Part shown: in pieces, positions 12,425-26,834 of the stretch
How the letters are laid out: every line of letters starts with the position of its first letter
Position numbering within the stretch: position 1 is the first letter of the stretch
Source: Octopus vulgaris
Taxonomy: Eukaryota
Reading direction: 5' to 3'
Length of the DNA: 64,000 nt
NCBI GenBank assembly: GCA_951406725.2
Contig: OX597816.1
Coordinates: forward strand, 120,528,001-120,592,000
Program-made: the position numbers and the translations under genes
The notes under the pieces: model-generated
What the model saw: only the letters and a program-made list of their open reading frames with translations
Told to the model about the DNA's origin: nothing
The model's database searches: none

Positions 12425-12545
12425 TTGTGCGTATGTATGTATGTATGTATGTATGTATGTATGTATGTATGTATGTATGTATGTATGTATGTATGTATGT
12501 ATGTATGTATGTATGTATGTATGTATGTATGTATGTATGTATGTA
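12425..12545. repeat. (TATG)n microsatellite
   Basis: Direct reading; a second tract lies at ~12137-12203. Confidence 0.95.
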
Positions 12546-13036
12546 CATACGTACGCATGTGCGTATGTATGTATACGCGCACGTATGCATGTGCCCATGT
12601 ATGTGTGTGCGTACATGTACGTGCGTATGTACGTGTGTAGGTATGTATGTATGTTTGTACTCATGTGCTACGTATGTATGTGAGTGTCTAGGAGAATGGG
12701 CAGACGTGTCTGTGAGAGTGTGTACATGTGTATGTGTATGTGAACGTATGTCTGTGTACTGGCATGTGTCCGTCCAAGTTGTGTACATGACTGTTACTTT
12801 GATGAAGGTTGTATACATATTCACATATATGTTTGTATAGACGCACACACATATATATATGTGTGGGTGTGTGTTTGTTCCTCTCATCACCGTCTAACTG
12901 TGAATGGATACAACGCCTAAGTGCAACTGTACGTATCAAACAACGTACGCTCATACGGTTATATATAATTGCACATACGCATTGCAACCTGCATGTAAGG
13001 ACTACAAGTAACCGAGAGAGAGAGAGAGAGGGGTGG

Positions 13037-13576
<540 letters not shown>

Positions 13577-13605
13577 ATCAAATGGATATATATATATACT
13601 GTGAA

Positions 13606-13773
13606 TGCGCATGGCTCAGTGGATAGAGCGTAGAGCTTACGATTGGGAGGTTGTAAGTTCGATTCCCGGACCGGGCTGCGTGTTGTGTTCTTGAGCAATA
13701 CACTTTATTTCACGTCACTCCAGTTCACTCAGCTGTAGAAATGAGTTGCGACATCACTGGTGCCAAGCTGTAC
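13606..13773 (+). mobile_element. SINE family 1, 3'-truncated
   Basis: TGGCTCAGTGG A box, GTTCGATTCCC B box, family 1 body. Confidence 0.85.
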
Positions 13774-13777
13774 AACA

Positions 13778-13941
13778 TGTCGTTTCAAAATTTTTTGCAG
13801 GGTGAATTATGTCATGGTGCTGTTTTTCTCACAGTCGGTGACAAACTGACCCTAGTACACTGTGTATTCGACAAAATTAAAAACAAGCAAGCGCATGCGC
13901 GAAAAAATATAAAATGGTGACAATTTACCCATCGTACCCTG
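13778..13941 (-). mobile_element. Terminal fragment of the Tc1/mariner family at 49547-50367
   Basis: Aligns with 50200-50367 and ends in GGTGACAATTTACCCATCGTACCCTG followed by TA. Confidence 0.8.
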
Positions 13942-13943
13942 TA

Positions 13944-13995
<52 letters not shown>

Positions 13996-14130
13996 CATAT
14001 ATGGGTAGAGGATGTCACCAACAGGAAATAACATAAAATACGAAAACAAATGAGTTAAATACGCAAATAACGAGAGAAAAGAAGACAAGTAATACAAAGA
14101 ATGACCATTCATAAGTTATCAGCAATCAAC

Positions 14131-14239
<109 letters not shown>

Positions 14240-14601
14240 ATGCGCTCAGTCTGCGAAAATTATTGGCTCTTATTGTTAAATACGTGAAATTCCCCCAAGG
14301 ACACATATATAGATCTTTTTTATTTGAGTCCCTGGTTGTGTGTTTATCTTCAACTCATAGTTCAGTGCCAGCCGACCTTCTAAACCAGGAAATTCTAAAC
14401 CAGGAAATTATGTATTTCCATTGGAGATCATTCAATGTTAAAAGTCGGGATTAGAACTCAGCACGCAGAAGTCATCTCTTCTGATACACTAGGAATTTCA
14501 CTAACCTACTGCTTCGGGAAGGTACTTCATTCGTTGACCCCCGAAAGAGTGAAAGACAAAGTTGACCTCGACAGGATTTAAACTTAAAATCATCACCTTT
14601 C

Positions 14602-14708
<107 letters not shown>

Positions 14709-15896
14709 AAACACACACAAACGCACACTATGAATTTAGGAATACACATATATATATATGCTTATGCCTATATATATATATATATATATAGGTAGATGTA
14801 GATAGATAGATATACCTACATACATGCGCATATATATGGGTGTTGCTATGTTTATATATGACTTTCTAGGCATAATTTTATCATTATCTAATTTCAGACA
14901 TGAAATGGTCTTATTGGCTGTCGCAATCAGCAAAAGCATGCTTTACGAATCTACAAATAGTTTCATAAGTACTACTATTTGTGTATTAATACGCTGTAAA
15001 TAACTATTTTCTGTTTGCTTGATTTTAGATATAAAGGGAAACGTTGTTTATAAATACGAAGTGAAGTGAAAGTTTGAACTAGATTCCAAAATCCGGATTA
15101 TGGACTCTGTTAAGATATTGCTTCTATTCTATGGTGTTCACAGACAGAAATAGAACATTAAACAAAAATGAAAGGCCGATGTGGAGACTAGTATCCTGAA
15201 ATTAGAATAATATCGTGTGCATTCAAATAATATGTAAATTTATGTATATTTATTCAATACAAGTTCGATAATCGTTTACATTCTGCAAACCAATGCATTA
15301 TGCGAAATGCTTGACTGATCTTTGCGTTTCTATTTTCAAAAAAAAATTATATACCCTAATACTCATGGAAATAGAATTATGAATATAGCCTATTTTGTTA
15401 TCGTGGGAACATCTTTCGTGTGCTGTTTTAGAAAATCTAACTTTCATTTATCTATCTATCTATCTATCTATCCATTATCATTCTTCAATAGAAACCATTC
15501 TACTAGTTACAAAAACCTAATCAAATGAAGCATTCCCCAAACTCAAACAAAAGACAGAAGAATCGAGGTTATTATACATGCATATCTTCTCAAAACGAGC
15601 AACATTTTAGTATATTTTTCCTTGCACACAATGAGTAGTTTCATAATGTGTTCCATCCGGAAGTAGATATTCTACACTTGTAGCAAAAACTAATAGTTTC
15701 TTAAAGATAAACCTCGGTATAAACATTTTTAGTTCTTTCGTACGTTTCCCCATTGCAGTTATTTGGAAGTCAGCATTATTTAAACATTTAAATATTACAT
15801 AGTTTTCACATAATCTGATCTGAATAATGATATGGAACACGAATGAGATAGTCTTGTAGTACTTCAAGTCTAAGTTAAAGTGGTGACCTGACGGAA

Positions 15897-16320
15897 TATT
15901 GGTTTCAAATTTCAGCACAAGCCAGTAATTTGGGAGGAGGGAATAAGTCTATTACACGACTTCAGTATTTAACTAGTACAAGATAAAAGGCAAAGTCAAC
16001 CTTGGCAAATTTTGAACTCATACTGTAATGCCGGAATAGATGCCACTAAGCATTTTGTCCTCATTGCTAACAATTCTGCCATTCTCCACCGTCCGTTCAT
16101 AAAACAATCTTTTCTACAATAGGCACAAGGTCTGAAATTTTGGCCGAGAAGGCTGTTTATCTGCATCAACCTAAATGCTCAGCTGATACTTATTTCATAG
16201 ACTTCGAAAGGATGAAAGGCCAAGTTGACCTCTGTAGAATTTAAATTCAGAATGTGAAGACGGACGAAATGCCGTTAAGCATTTCGTCTGGCGTGCTAAC
16301 GCTCCTGCTAGCTCACTGCG
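15897..16320 (-). mobile_element. Two tandem degenerate family 2 SINE units
   Basis: Repeated AAAGGC..AGT(C/T)(A/G)ACCT...TT(G/A)AA(C/T)TCA and AAGCATTT motifs. Confidence 0.7.
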
Positions 16321-16789
16321 TAAAATAATGCTGTAAAAGAGGAGGAGCATATGAAATTTATCCTTATAGTTAGTGGTTCAATATGTTAATTGTACTGACA
16401 TTATACCAGTACGATTGACATGTGAGGTATATGACCTATTGTATCTTGGAACTACTCAAGTAAATAGAAAATTGGAGGAACATAGTTTTGTAAGTTAAAG
16501 AGAATAGCAGTCAAGTCCATCAGTTAGTTTAATTAACAGTACAGAAATCTCTAGCCATAAGTATTATACCAATATTAGAAATCAATAATTTCCTAACTGC
16601 TATTGTCATTAATGAGACTTATGGTACTAAATATATTGTTCTTTATCAAGCTTTGATAGAGTTTGAAGTATTGATGAAAGATTGTGGTGGTGTCCAATAA
16701 CTTAAATAGTTTATTAATTTCTTGAGAACCGCCACGAATATGGATCGTCTATAAATGTATATATTTTTCAAAAAAATTATTATTTTTTT

Positions 16790-17140
16790 TTTGCTGGACT
16801 GTAGCCATGCTAGAATGCCGCGTGAAGGGTTTGGCCGTGCAAATCGACCTTAGAACTTACTTTTAAAGTCTGGTACATATTAACTTGATTTTTTTTACCG
16901 AATCGTTGGGTTACGGAAACGTAAATAACCATCACCGGTTGTCAAGTGTTGAGTAGAGGTGAGGGCAAATAGAAAAGCAAAATACACATATACACACATG
17001 TAAAATGTGCTTTCATATAGTTTCTGTCTACCGAATCCACTCACAAGGCATTGGTCGACCGGGGCTATCGTAGAAAGCATTGCCCAAAGTCCACGCAGTA
17101 GAAATGAACCTAAAACTATGAGACAGCTATGCCTGCGCCT
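16790..17140 (-). mobile_element. SINE family 3, degenerate
   Basis: Reverse complement of the 53155-53560 family (AATCCACTCACAAGGC, GCCATGCT). Confidence 0.75.
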
Positions 17141-17464
17141 GAGTAATTTATTTTGCTTTATTACTTTTTTTGTTCTTGCGGTGCGATATTCGGTAAAATA
17201 AGTTAGCATCAAATACTTGAAGCAATGTAATAGACTAACTCTGTACTAACGGAATTACTGGCTTTGTGCCTAAATTAGAAGCAATGATTATAATCCAGGT
17301 GAGATCAATTTTGACTTTTCTATTACCTGTCTTGCTAAAATAACTTCTTATCACGTAATCGATTATACCGTGCCACTAAAAGATGTGGTCTTCAACCTTT
17401 GCAGGTTACCCTCCCAAATCTATTGTCCTTTTTGCCGCATTACTTTTACCAGCAATACGACAAA

Positions 17465-17810
17465 AGATAGTGGATTGATAGGATCATTAGAGTATCAGGC
17501 AAAATGCTATGCAGTGTCTTTTCCGACTCTTTAAATTCCGTGTTCAAATTTTGCCAAGGTCATCTTCGCTTTTCATCCCAATGAAGTACCAATCAAGTAC
17601 TAATATCGATTTAATTACCAACAGTGATTTTTACCAAATTTTGACCTTGTGACAATGTTAGAAACATTGTCGCACGGTCACAAATTTGGAAAAAAAAATG
17701 AAGTGGATGGCAGAACTGGAAGAGCATCGAACAAAATGCAATGCTTGCGACCCTTTACACTCTGAGTTCAAATTCATCACACATCAACTTTGCTTAGTCA
17801 TCCTTCTGAC
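17465..17810 (+). mobile_element. Old family 2 SINE relics
   Basis: GTTCAAATTTTGCCAAGGTCATCTTCGCTTTTCATCC and TCTGAGTTCAAATTC...CAACTTTGC cores. Confidence 0.6.
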
Positions 17811-19959
17811 GTTGTTGTTTAATTCTAGATAGCCTCACTTATCGAGCAGGCCTATGATCAAAGGCGTTTTAGACGAGATGAAATATTTTTAATTTTATTT
17901 TTCCTTTAAGTTCACTAGATGACCGAATTTGTCCCACCTTCTTTAAGGCATTAGACTGTGATTTGTGAGAAATCCGTTTGATATTTTTATTAAATATCTA
18001 GTACTGTGGTCAATTTCATTGATTCCTCGCCGTACAAAATAACCTGTGGCCATCCTTTGCTTGTTTTAAGGAAACTTTGTTAATATGGGGGAGAAATGGT
18101 GGAATGTGAGATGTTTTTCCATTATTCTATTTCCTTTAATATCGATTGTGCCTTCCATCTCTCCAGAGTCAACAAAATAAGTGACATGGGTCAACTCAGG
18201 CCTTCAAATATAACCATATTCAGAGATGTTTATCACCAAAAACTGGTCTTAATATTTTCCTTGTACTTTAATCAACTCTTAGTTTCCTAAGTCCTTCCAC
18301 TCAATTACATGATGCGGCCTAGATTGAAAACATAATTTTCCTATGAAAAATGTAGACATTCGAAGCAGGAGGTGTCAACTGCAGTTATCAACCATAATAA
18401 CATGAGTAATAGCTAGATGTAATTTGCAATGTATTAGCTTCAGCCTGTAGTCATTGATTTCACTGAAGTGATTAATGCAGTGGTTTTATAACAAGGGAAT
18501 ATAGTTATATGAATTAAAATAGTTAAGTATACTATATTTTGTTGTAATTTGATATCTATATATATATATTCTTATCGGAGGAATGGAATTTGATTAGTTT
18601 AGACGTCTTTGATTATGAAATATCGCGTAACTGGATTTATTTGTAAATGGAATGTTATTGATTTAAATTTGTTTGTATACGGAATCAGTTTACATTAAAC
18701 GATAAGTTATTGTAATAATTGAGGATTCACTGCACAGCTCCGATAACTTTACTTTACAGAAATGAAGTCATACTTCATTTGTGATATCAGTATCTGACTA
18801 CACGCAAAGGACTTATTTATTATATTGAGTAGGTGAAAATATTACTGCAACAGCCATATGTATCTTTTCAGAGAGAATTAGTGAATTAGTTTCTGTGAAC
18901 GGAAACCAAATTGTTTATCGACTTAACAATGTACTGTTACAAACTACCACTTCAGTATATGAGATATCATTGATAAAAATCAACACATCTTGCTGTTTTA
19001 CTACAAGCTTTTAGTTTTAAGGAAACTGCTTTTCAGCAGATCACAATGTTGATTGAATGTCGTGCGGAAATTTCATTAGCAAGAGTTGTGAATAAATATT
19101 ATAATTGAATATCAAACATTTTAGAATTATTATTTTTTCTATTAAAAACTGAATGCAAAACATCAAAGTGCTGATGCTAATAATTATGGGCATGATGATA
19201 ATCTTGTTACGATTGTAATGACGATGATAGTGATGATAAGGATAATGACGATGATGACGATGATGATGATAATAATAAGGATGCGATGATGATGAAAACG
19301 ATTATGATGATCATCATTATTCTCGTCCTCCTGCTACTCTTCTCCTTTTCCTCCTCCTTGTCTACCATCTCATCCTCCTTTCTTCATTGTCATCATCATC
19401 CTCATCGCCGTCTTCAACGAAATTACTATTGTCACATCTTTACTCCTGTCTTTTGGTTTTCTTTTATCGATAAAATAAATACCAGTAATTGTTTGGAAGT
19501 AATCAAATCATTCAGCATTCCTTCTCCGAAAATATGTAGAGCTATGTGAATTAATGAAATTCCTCTTTTCTTCCTCCTCCTCCACATCATCAATTTGCTC
19601 TATGACCTCCACTACCCTCATCAAAGTGGAGCACTGAACAAACTGTCCTACACCAGGAAGTGTTTAAATACATAATTTACGTATTTGAGTCCAAATATCA
19701 CCGATGTGAACTTTGCCTTTCGTTTTACATATTGTGCGGCAATAAATAAGAATCAAGTATCATTATCGATTAAATATTATACACTCATTCAACTTATTTA
19801 AATATAAATACCTTAAAAAACAGGGCTACTTCATGAAGTACAAGGCTAACAAAATGCATTTAAAGCAATATATACAGACTAGAACGGTTTTGACTTTCAC
19901 ATATTGCCAATAGAAAAATATAATTAAATAGAAGTGGCGCTTCCATTATTTTTCCAACC

Positions 19960-20019
<60 letters not shown>

Positions 20020-20487
20020 GCATATTGATCGAAAGGCAAATTATTCTATAATACATTAGACGAAAGAAAAACCAGAATATTCATCGAAATATCTAAAAAG
20101 AAATTGATGAGAATCACTGATAAATTATATATGTTTTTAATAATAGTCTCATTTCAACCCATGTCATCTCTGATCAAGCGCGTCTTTCCTCAAAGACATT
20201 CCACTACGGTTTTTCTATATTTTTCGAAGAATATGACTTCGATTTTGATCATTTTATCTTTCGGTCAACAAATAAAATCCACCTGATGAGCTTCTTTACA
20301 GTTTCCTCTCCCACAGTGTCACTTACAAGGTATCGGTCAACACGAGGTTAGGGAAATGGTAATTGCCCAAGCTGCCACACAGTGCGATCGAATCCGGCGC
20401 GTCGTGATTGTATAACAAACATAGACCGTATTGCGCTTACAATGTAAATTCATGTGTGTATGTGTGTGTGTGTTTGTGTGCATGAGT

Positions 20488-20533
<46 letters not shown>

Positions 20534-22634
20534 AGTCTGCTTCCAGTATATCTTTCTGCATCTTTGTCATTCATATTCAGGCTACTGACAGTTCTGGATT
20601 ACTTATGTTAGCTTATTTTCGTCTTGTGCAAATTATGCAAATCAATAGATGTTTTTGTATTTCTCTAACCCTCATGTCCGGCTGGAATCAAAATCGATTA
20701 ATTGCTGAGCTGATGACGTTAGTTGAAGCAGAAACACGTAACTTGTCTTTTTAAGAAAACTACACTTGCGTGATTATTCTGAAGAACAGTTGATACATTG
20801 AAGTTATCTCGCCTTTTCAATTACTGCTAGGCGTTTATTTACCTTTTTCTAAGCAAATATTGATTCAATAATTCTAAAATTTATCTCGCATGATACTTAA
20901 TATATCTTTCGCCGTTTTCTGTTATCCAAAATCCTGCCGCATACACTCATGTATGTGTGTGTATAAAGGACATCATAGACACAGTTTTCAATTATCTTCC
21001 CTCACCTTACAACAAACGCTGAAGCCACCATTACTAATGACTTTAAAATGTTTCAGATAACTGGAGTCACTATATTTTATAATTTGCTATGTTCACTTTA
21101 AAATTATGATACTTTGGTTAATAAAAGTTAGTTCCATTTTTTTTTCTTTTCTTTTTTTCCTTTTACATATTTTTCGATGAATATGACTTTCGATTAACTT
21201 GATTTTGACTGACATGACTTCGATCAATTTATTATTCTGCATATTTATTTTTTCAACCAATTTTATTTTCGCTGTCTATGCTTAATGCCATGTGCGTGTC
21301 TGATTTGACTGGTAGGAAAAAGATAACAGCTATATCTCCTTCAAACAATACCAACCTTCTTATGAATAGAGAGATACGTTGGATAGCTGAGTTCTAGTTA
21401 TACAAAAGATGTGCTGATCATGACGGGAACGCCTCTGGTCAAAGATCTGTCTAGTAAAACTGACCCCGTGTCAAAATACAAAAGCAATAGCAACACAAAC
21501 CAAGAAGAAAGGCTCAGCGAGATGTCCAATTGACTAGAAGCAATAGCTAAATTTTGTTTATGGCGCACACAACTATCTTAGAAAATAAAACTTGCCATTA
21601 CATTAGCTAATGCCTAATTACCTAATGAATGCTTCCTGTTTTAAGACAATAGAGGTTTGGCTCTTTATCTATCAAATCGGTGGATGAGTAGAAGATTTTT
21701 TACTGGCTCGCAGTGACATCTGTAATTTTCACAGCAAATATTTTCATTTCAGTGTAAATATTTGATTTTACTGTCTTTGCGTCGGAACTACGTAGTTTTA
21801 ATTACATTTACGATAACATAAACATATGTGAGTTAGATTGACATTATTACAGAATACGTAATAGCAAAAGAAGACCTGTAGTTTGAGAGGAGAGCTGTAG
21901 TGTTGGGGTAGAATAGCAGTGTGGGTGTGGAGCTGTAGTGTGGGAGTAAAGTTTGGATTGTATGTGTATTTAGTTATATCTGACTAAATACGACAGAAAT
22001 CAAAGAAATTTGTCTCCCCCGTTGGTCTTGAAATTATCTATCCTATTAAGTCATATTGTTTACATCAATTGACAGCCTTAGTCCTAAGGGAGATTAATAT
22101 TGATTATGCATTCTAAAGTATTTAACTTACTGAAACGTCTAAATGTGGATAATATTCTGATCGATCACAATGGAACATTGAGCATGGAAGAAGTATTCGG
22201 TAAACTAATTTCTGTTCTATGAATAATGATAAGTGCAGACTTGGCTGTGTAGTTAAGAAGTTTATTACCGACTGTATTTTCCCCACGTCGATCATATCAC
22301 TGCGCAGCACCTTGGCAAGTGCATTCTACTATAGCCTTGATTGAGTAATATACATTTGATAGGCGTAAACTGTGCATAAGCACCTGTGTATGCATGTTGG
22401 TCTTTGTTAACTTTTTCAGTAAAAGGGACTTTTTTATGTCGTGTCTCTTTCGTAACTTGGTGACAAATACATATCGATAAATAAAGTTCTCTAGAAGATG
22501 GTACCCTTACATTGCTGTTGTCCACTGATTAAGTCAATTGAAATATTATACTAAAGAGGTATAAACGAGAAATGAAATCAAATCCCGGGGACTCAACTAG
22601 CCTTTGCTTTGTGAGGCTACAACCTCTTTATTAA

Positions 22635-23036
22635 TATTGGTTTCAAATTTTGGCACAAGGCCAGTAATTTCGGGGGAGGGTAGTTGATTACATCAATCCC
22701 AGTGACTCCGAAACGAAAGACAAAGTCAACCTCGGTGGGAATCTGCTCTCAGAACACAAAGACGGACGAAATACCACTAAACAGCGATTCTGCTACCTCG
22801 CCGCCTTAATCATTTTATTAATATCAATTTTTGACTTTAGGAAGAAGGTTATTAATTTTGAGTGCAGGGATTTAGACGATTAAGTTGATCCTAGAACTTA
22901 AAAGGTACTTTATCTTATGTTCACGGGGGGAATGAAAGGTAAAGTTGACCGCAGAGGGTTTGAACTCAGAACGTGCCGGAAGAAATAGCATAGGGTATTT
23001 TATCCAACGTGCAAACGAATTTACCACTCTGCCACT
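22635..23036 (-). mobile_element. Two tandem degenerate family 2 SINE units
   Basis: CAAAGTCAACCTCGG, AAAGTTGACCGCAG..TTGAACTCAGAACGT cores. Confidence 0.7.
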
Positions 23037-24518
23037 CGACTGCACTTCACTCTATTTTAATCCAAGTATTAACTAAACATTTCATCCCTTTTGCAAGTAT
23101 TTCTCATGTAGATGGCGCTTAACAGTTATTTAACCTTTAAACAGTTAGCTTTCTCTTTGTCAACAAATTCATAATTTAGTATATATACTTACTGATTCAA
23201 GAGCTAGCACTTTGAAATATATATGTGATTGCAATTCAGCTAACGATTTCAAATACAAGTAAAACATTTCGAATTATCCCCTTTACTTATTGATGAAAGA
23301 ATATCTGTCACTAACTATTAATACTTTTAATTTTGTATCACTTTTTTTTATCGTACTTTTACTTTTTTGATATTCTAAGAATTTAACACTATTTCACCCT
23401 CTTAACTATTATAATATTGATTTCATACGCATGTGTAGATACACTGAATTATAATAGTTATTAAAGAGAGAAATGAGAGTGTGTGACATTCATGTCTTTC
23501 TCAAGAGTATTAGCAAAATTAATGTAAAGTCTTCAACCATAATTTTAAATTACATTGTGGAATTAGCTCACCACGTAATCATTTTTTTATTACTAACAGT
23601 AATTAAAATTATACGCTTAGAGAAATGTTTACTCTAAATTCATAATTGTATTATTTTTCGAGAATATTTCCCCCTGTACCAGCTAATATTTTCAGATAAT
23701 TCAATTTTCTAATTGACTCTGCACTTGGCTTTCAGATATTTTATTTTTATTTTACAAAAAAAAAAAATAATGATATTCGAATGATTGAAAAGCAGCTAAA
23801 TTGATGCATTATATCTTCTAACGTTTCTAGAGGCAATTAAAAGAACCAATCACTATTTAAGTACTTGGTGGTGTATTTTAATGAAATATCTTTCTGTGCA
23901 AAAGGAACAAATGAAGTGTATTATGAAAAGGAAACCACTCCCAAAGTATTAACATCATCACTCATTATATGTCAAATACAATTTCGAAATACAAGCCAGT
24001 TGGTAATTGTTTTTATGTATGATGTTATAGGTGTAGGCTTTAAGGTAAAAATAAGCTTCTAGCGTACTGAATTTATAGCTGGGTTTCAATCTCAGGCCAT
24101 AACCATATGACCTACACTTGCAGTCATTACGCCCTGGAGAAATGCGCAAGCAGATTAAACAAATATTCCTTCATCGTCATTTGTGCTGTGGCTTCAACGT
24201 TAGAATTAGATTTAGAAGAGTCAAAATATTAAATATATCATCGTTTTAACTTCTGTCTTCCCAATTTTACGAGGGCCTGACGGAATTCTCTGAGGCAAAT
24301 TTTCTACGAGTCGGATACCTTTCCTGTTGCCAATTCTCATTTTTTAAAATAAGTTTTCACAGAAGTTTGGAAATTAATGACACCACTTGTATGATGGTGT
24401 CATACATTTACAAGTATCACGCGATGTAAAAACAAATACACACACACTCACGAACAAAGATACACATACACAGATACACATTTACATGTGCTCGCGCGTG
24501 TGTGTATATATATTTATA

Positions 24519-24840
24519 GGGTAAAGACCCCCTTCGGCCCTGAATGACCATGGGATTGCACCTAGAAAGTTACTCTCCGTGGTACAAGTCCAGGCAAGGT
24601 TGTTTATGGAAGACCAGCATAACAGTCTCCCCTCTCTACGCCACCGATGTTATCCAAGGGAAAAGTAAAGGCCGATACAGCTTGGCATCAGTGATATCGC
24701 AACTCATTTCAACAGGTGAGTGAACTGGAGCAACGTGAAATAAAGTGTGTTGCTCAAGAACACATCACACAGCCCGGTCCGGGAATCGTACTCGCAACTT
24801 CATAATTGTGAACTCAACGCTCTAACTACTGGTCCATGCG
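24519..24840 (-). mobile_element. SINE family 1
   Basis: Reverse complement of 6638-6972. Confidence 0.85.
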
Positions 24841-24849
24841 ATATACATA

Positions 24850-25020
24850 CACGACAGGCTTCTCCCAGTTTCATTCTACTAAATCCACTCTAGAAGCTTT
24901 AGTCGCCCCGAGACTACAGTAGAACACATTTGCCCAAGGTCCCACGTAGAAGGACTAAATCTGAAACTATGCGGCTGAGAAGTAATCTTCATTAATCTTT
25001 GTAACTACATAGCTGCGCCT
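24850..25020 (-). mobile_element. SINE family 3, 5' part
   Basis: ACGACAGGCTTCT..AAATCCACTC..TTGCCCAAGGT. Confidence 0.7.
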
Positions 25021-25713
25021 ACCTCTAACAACAGGAAACAAATTCATTAAATAAATTGGATGACATAAAACGTCATATAATTTTATTTTCTTTCCTTATA
25101 ACAGTAAGATTTCGTATGTTTAAGAAATCAATATATCAATATCTTCAATTTCTTTTAGCTGAAACACCAGATGTAGTCCCGGAAATCCAACTTTAGATAA
25201 CTGTAAGCTAATTTAGTGATAATTTGAATACTGAAACAGTTAAAAAAGTTAAATGTTTAGTGAAGAAAAAAAATTAAAAAACGATTATTTATCAATGGCT
25301 CAATTTTTTTCACCTTACCAGCAATTACAGGGAACATATGCGGATGAATTTAAGTCCTATTCTGAGATCATCACCAAAGCATCACTTGAAACGCATGATC
25401 TCTCAATTTGTCTTTTTTAATGGGATTTTATATATGTTGACCTTTTTCTATCTTTATGAAGTCTTTTTTTTTCTTTTGTAGTAACAGTGTTCATTTTTAG
25501 TTCTAAATTGTGGTTGGTCTGTCTGCGATTGTTATTCGGGTTATAGTTCATGTTTCTATGTGTATGTTAGGATCCTCAGTTCTGGGAGTTATTCTGTCTT
25601 GAAACAAAAAAAAAACAAGGCTTTTGATTTCTCTTGTAGGGTTGCTGCGTTGACTAAATATTTTAGAATTAATGTTATTGTAGTCGTGTCCTCAGTGATT
25701 ATAACTTTGATTG

Positions 25714-25870
25714 TGACGGCGTATAGCCTAGTGGTTAGGATATAGTACTGGCGATCACGAGATCGTGGTTTCAATTCCTGGACCGAGTGATGCGTTGTGT
25801 TCCTGAGCAAACTACTTCACCTCACGTTGCTCTGCGACTATTTTGGCACCTGACGTGTAGTATACCACTA
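25714..25870 (+). mobile_element. tRNA-derived SINE head related to family 1
   Basis: TAGCCTAGTGGTTAGG, GGTTTCAATTCC, GCGTTGTGTTCCTGAGCAAA. Confidence 0.7.
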
Positions 25871-25938
25871 ACCTGTTCGAGCAACATCAATGTTATGGAC
25901 GGAGTGAGCTACAGTGCAGCACAAACATTGATCATCAT

Positions 25939-26172
25939 GAAGGTGGCGAGCTGGCAGAAACGTTAGCACGCCTGGCGAAATGCTTAGCGGTATTTCGTCT
26001 GCCGCTACGTTCTGAGTTCAAATTCTGCCGAGGTCGACTTTGCCCTTTATCCTTTCGGGGTCGATAAATTAAGTACCAGTTACGCACTGGGGTGGATGTA
26101 ATCGACTTAATCCATTTGTCTGTTCTTGTTTGTCCACTCTATGTTTAGCCCCTTGTGGGCAATAAAGAAATA
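25939..26172 (+). mobile_element. SINE family 2 with 18-bp TSD
   Basis: ACAAAC(A/G)TTGATCATCAT at 25921-25938 and 26173-26190; head GGCGAGCTGGCAGAAACGTTAGC. Confidence 0.88.
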
Positions 26173-26567
26173 ACAAACGTTGATCATCATAAACAAGTCA
26201 TTTCTGCAGCGTATTCAGCAAGAAATTGTAGAAGCGTCTTTCTTGGACTACGCGAGACCACCATCATAAATTTGATGTGAAATTACCGGTAGATATGGTT
26301 CTAAACAAACTGTACAAGTGGTCACATAGAAGAGAACTGAGTAACCTTTACGATGTGCGAAGTGAAAGCCATATATTGGAATTTTGTAGAAATTATTACT
26401 TATAGGGAGCTGAGTGCTCTGTTGTCACATGGTATCATATATATATTTAAAATAATGGTTCTCGAAGCACATCACATACAGCTACAAAGAATAGCATGCA
26501 AAAACATACACGTTTGTACATATATCATACATACATATATAAATACATATGTATATGTATGCATGTA

Positions 26568-26608
<41 letters not shown>

Positions 26609-26789
26609 CTGTGTGCATTGAAGTTATAAGAATTTAGGAACTTGGAGAGATCGAGAAATAATCTACCAAGAGCATACAATTCTCGCTCGTAAGTATAAAG
26701 TTTTTAAAAAGGTATTGTGTGCATCAGCGTGTGTAAATGCAAACGAGCTGGTAGTACAATTTCCATTGTTTTGTGCATGCGTGACCCCC

Positions 26790-26834
<45 letters not shown>

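Noticed and set aside
20283-20360. CTGATGA as a hammerhead core (also 7565 and 28594)
   Set aside because: No properly placed GAAA or stems; the 20.3 kb site looks like a decayed family 3 SINE
25151-25207. Possible plus-strand exon (ttttag|CTGAAAC...ACT|gtaag)
   Set aside because: Short, no recognisable peptide, and such splice-like pairs arise by chance in AT-rich DNA
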